A DNA stretch of 32,000 nt from Pyrobaculum calidifontis JCM 11548 (lineage in GTDB: Archaea > Thermoproteota > Thermoprotei > Thermoproteales > Thermoproteaceae): contig NC_009073.1 in the NCBI RefSeq assembly GCF_000015805.1, forward strand, positions 150,001 through 182,000, in the 5' to 3' direction. Both the position numbers and the translations under genes were made by a program. Numbering within the stretch: the first letter of the stretch is position 1; each line of letters begins with the position of its first letter. The notes beneath the pieces were generated by a model. The model saw only the letters and a program-made list of their open reading frames with translations, was not told where the DNA came from and did no database searches. Below are positions 31,395 to 32,000 of this stretch, one piece after another.

Positions 31395-31845
31395 CCCACC
31401 CCTCCCCCTCTTCACCTACAGACAGACGTATTAAAGTTTTCTCTGCCGACTAAACCTACGAGACCCACGGAAAGGGAGTAGGAGTCGGAACGACGCGCCT
31501 AAGCTAAGAACTCCATAGAATCTAGTTATGACAATTTCACCTCTCTTGATGCTTTCGTAGTGTCCGTGGCTGCAGGCATAGTTGTAGCACCTGGCGCAAC
31601 GTCTCACACGTCTAGCCATATCAAGCACGGGGCCTACATCGCCAGCTCCTCTCGGCACCAGTAGCGAACGTTCTACCGGCATTCCACGGGACACGTAGCG
31701 GCGACCTCACGTCGGTGAAGTATATAAGTGCAACCACGGCACGTTCTCTTATGGGCGGGGGCGAATCTGCGACAGCGGCCGTATATTTGCTAAGCGCCGG
31801 GACAGTGGGCAGGTGCAGCGCCTTTGGAGCCGCATCTGACAAGCC

Positions 31846-32000
31846 ATGTCAGTAAACCGGGCTCTTCTCGCCATCCTGATCATTTACCACGTCCTCTTCC
31901 TAGCGTTTCTGCCAGTGGGCAAGCCCCCCTACTCAGAGGCCCTGCTCGGCTACCTTGCGGCGTATCCGCTAATCTACTTGATATACCTAATTGCCGTCTC
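31846..32000 (+). CDS. Membrane protein, N-terminal part (runs off the window end)
   Basis: ATG 31846 with an in-frame stop just upstream (31837-39). MSVNRALLAILIIYHVLFLAFLPVGKPPYSEALLGYLAAYPLIYLIYLIAV... is strongly hydrophobic and open to the window edge. Confidence 0.5.
   Translation, partial: MSVNRALLAILIIYHVLFLAFLPVGKPPYSEALLGYLAAYPLIYLIYLIAV

Noticed and set aside
31431-31694. 87-aa minus-strand ORF containing CARCYNYACSHGH (possible zinc knuckle)
   Set aside because: No TATA-like box lies upstream of either candidate start. The C-terminal half is low-complexity and Arg-rich. I recognise no family. It is mentioned only as possible element debris.
28312-32000. A second (partial) copy of the tRNA-Val 3' end that would define the far att site of an integrated element
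   Set aside because: I could not find one by eye anywhere between 28312 and the window end. The island boundary therefore remains undefined and no mobile_element feature is called for this region.

Overview
The window is a GC-rich, tightly packed archaeal chromosome segment. It most resembles a Thermoproteales crenarchaeon (Pyrobaculum or Thermoproteus type). Supporting signs: archaeal-only ribosomal proteins L19e and L32e; A/T-rich TATA-like boxes about 20-30 nt upstream of most start codons, suggesting leaderless or short-leader mRNAs; many convergent genes with overlapping 3' ends; and three tRNA genes that each carry two introns, several at non-canonical positions.

Most of the window is ordinary housekeeping or metabolism:
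- Pyruvate phosphate dikinase.
- Two AMP-forming acyl-CoA synthetase paralogs.
- Acyl-CoA dehydrogenase, a double-hotdog thioesterase and an SDR reductase.
- Peroxiredoxin and an FAD oxidoreductase.
- SfsA, two MBL-fold hydrolases and a DUF1028 protein.
- A SixA-like phosphatase, a MoaD-like Ubl ending in Gly-Gly and a DPH6-like PP-loop ATPase.
- A solute-binding protein.
- An S14-S8-L32e-L19e-L18 ribosomal block.

The part I consider most worth follow-up is a pair of diverged ~610-aa paralogs (9043-10866 + and 28359-30191 -) that look like the uncharacterised multi-copy PaREP2-type family of Pyrobaculum.
- Each paralog converges on the 3' end of a two-intron tRNA gene.
- The similarity I could trace by eye at the 3' end stops after the same nucleotide string in both copies.
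- One copy is bracketed by a 13/15-nt direct repeat.
- Both copies carry two LAGLIDADG-like motifs about 135 aa apart, plus a C-terminal segment that looks like a homing-endonuclease half-domain.
- I therefore propose, as inference only, that they are free-standing homing-endonuclease-like selfish genes.

Upstream of the second copy is a 171-bp mirror-symmetric module: divergent TATA-like inverted repeats enclose three CCTACTTGC/GCAAGTAGG palindromes. Beyond it lies an ORF-poor stretch that may be the remnant of an integrated element.

A second candidate system is a divergent cluster. A STAND-like P-loop NTPase and a 110-aa protein lie on one strand. A wHTH plus degenerate methyltransferase-like protein lies on the other, and its stop overlaps the start of a minimal Ras-like small GTPase.

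All calls come from reading the sequence and ORF translations by eye. No database search was run.
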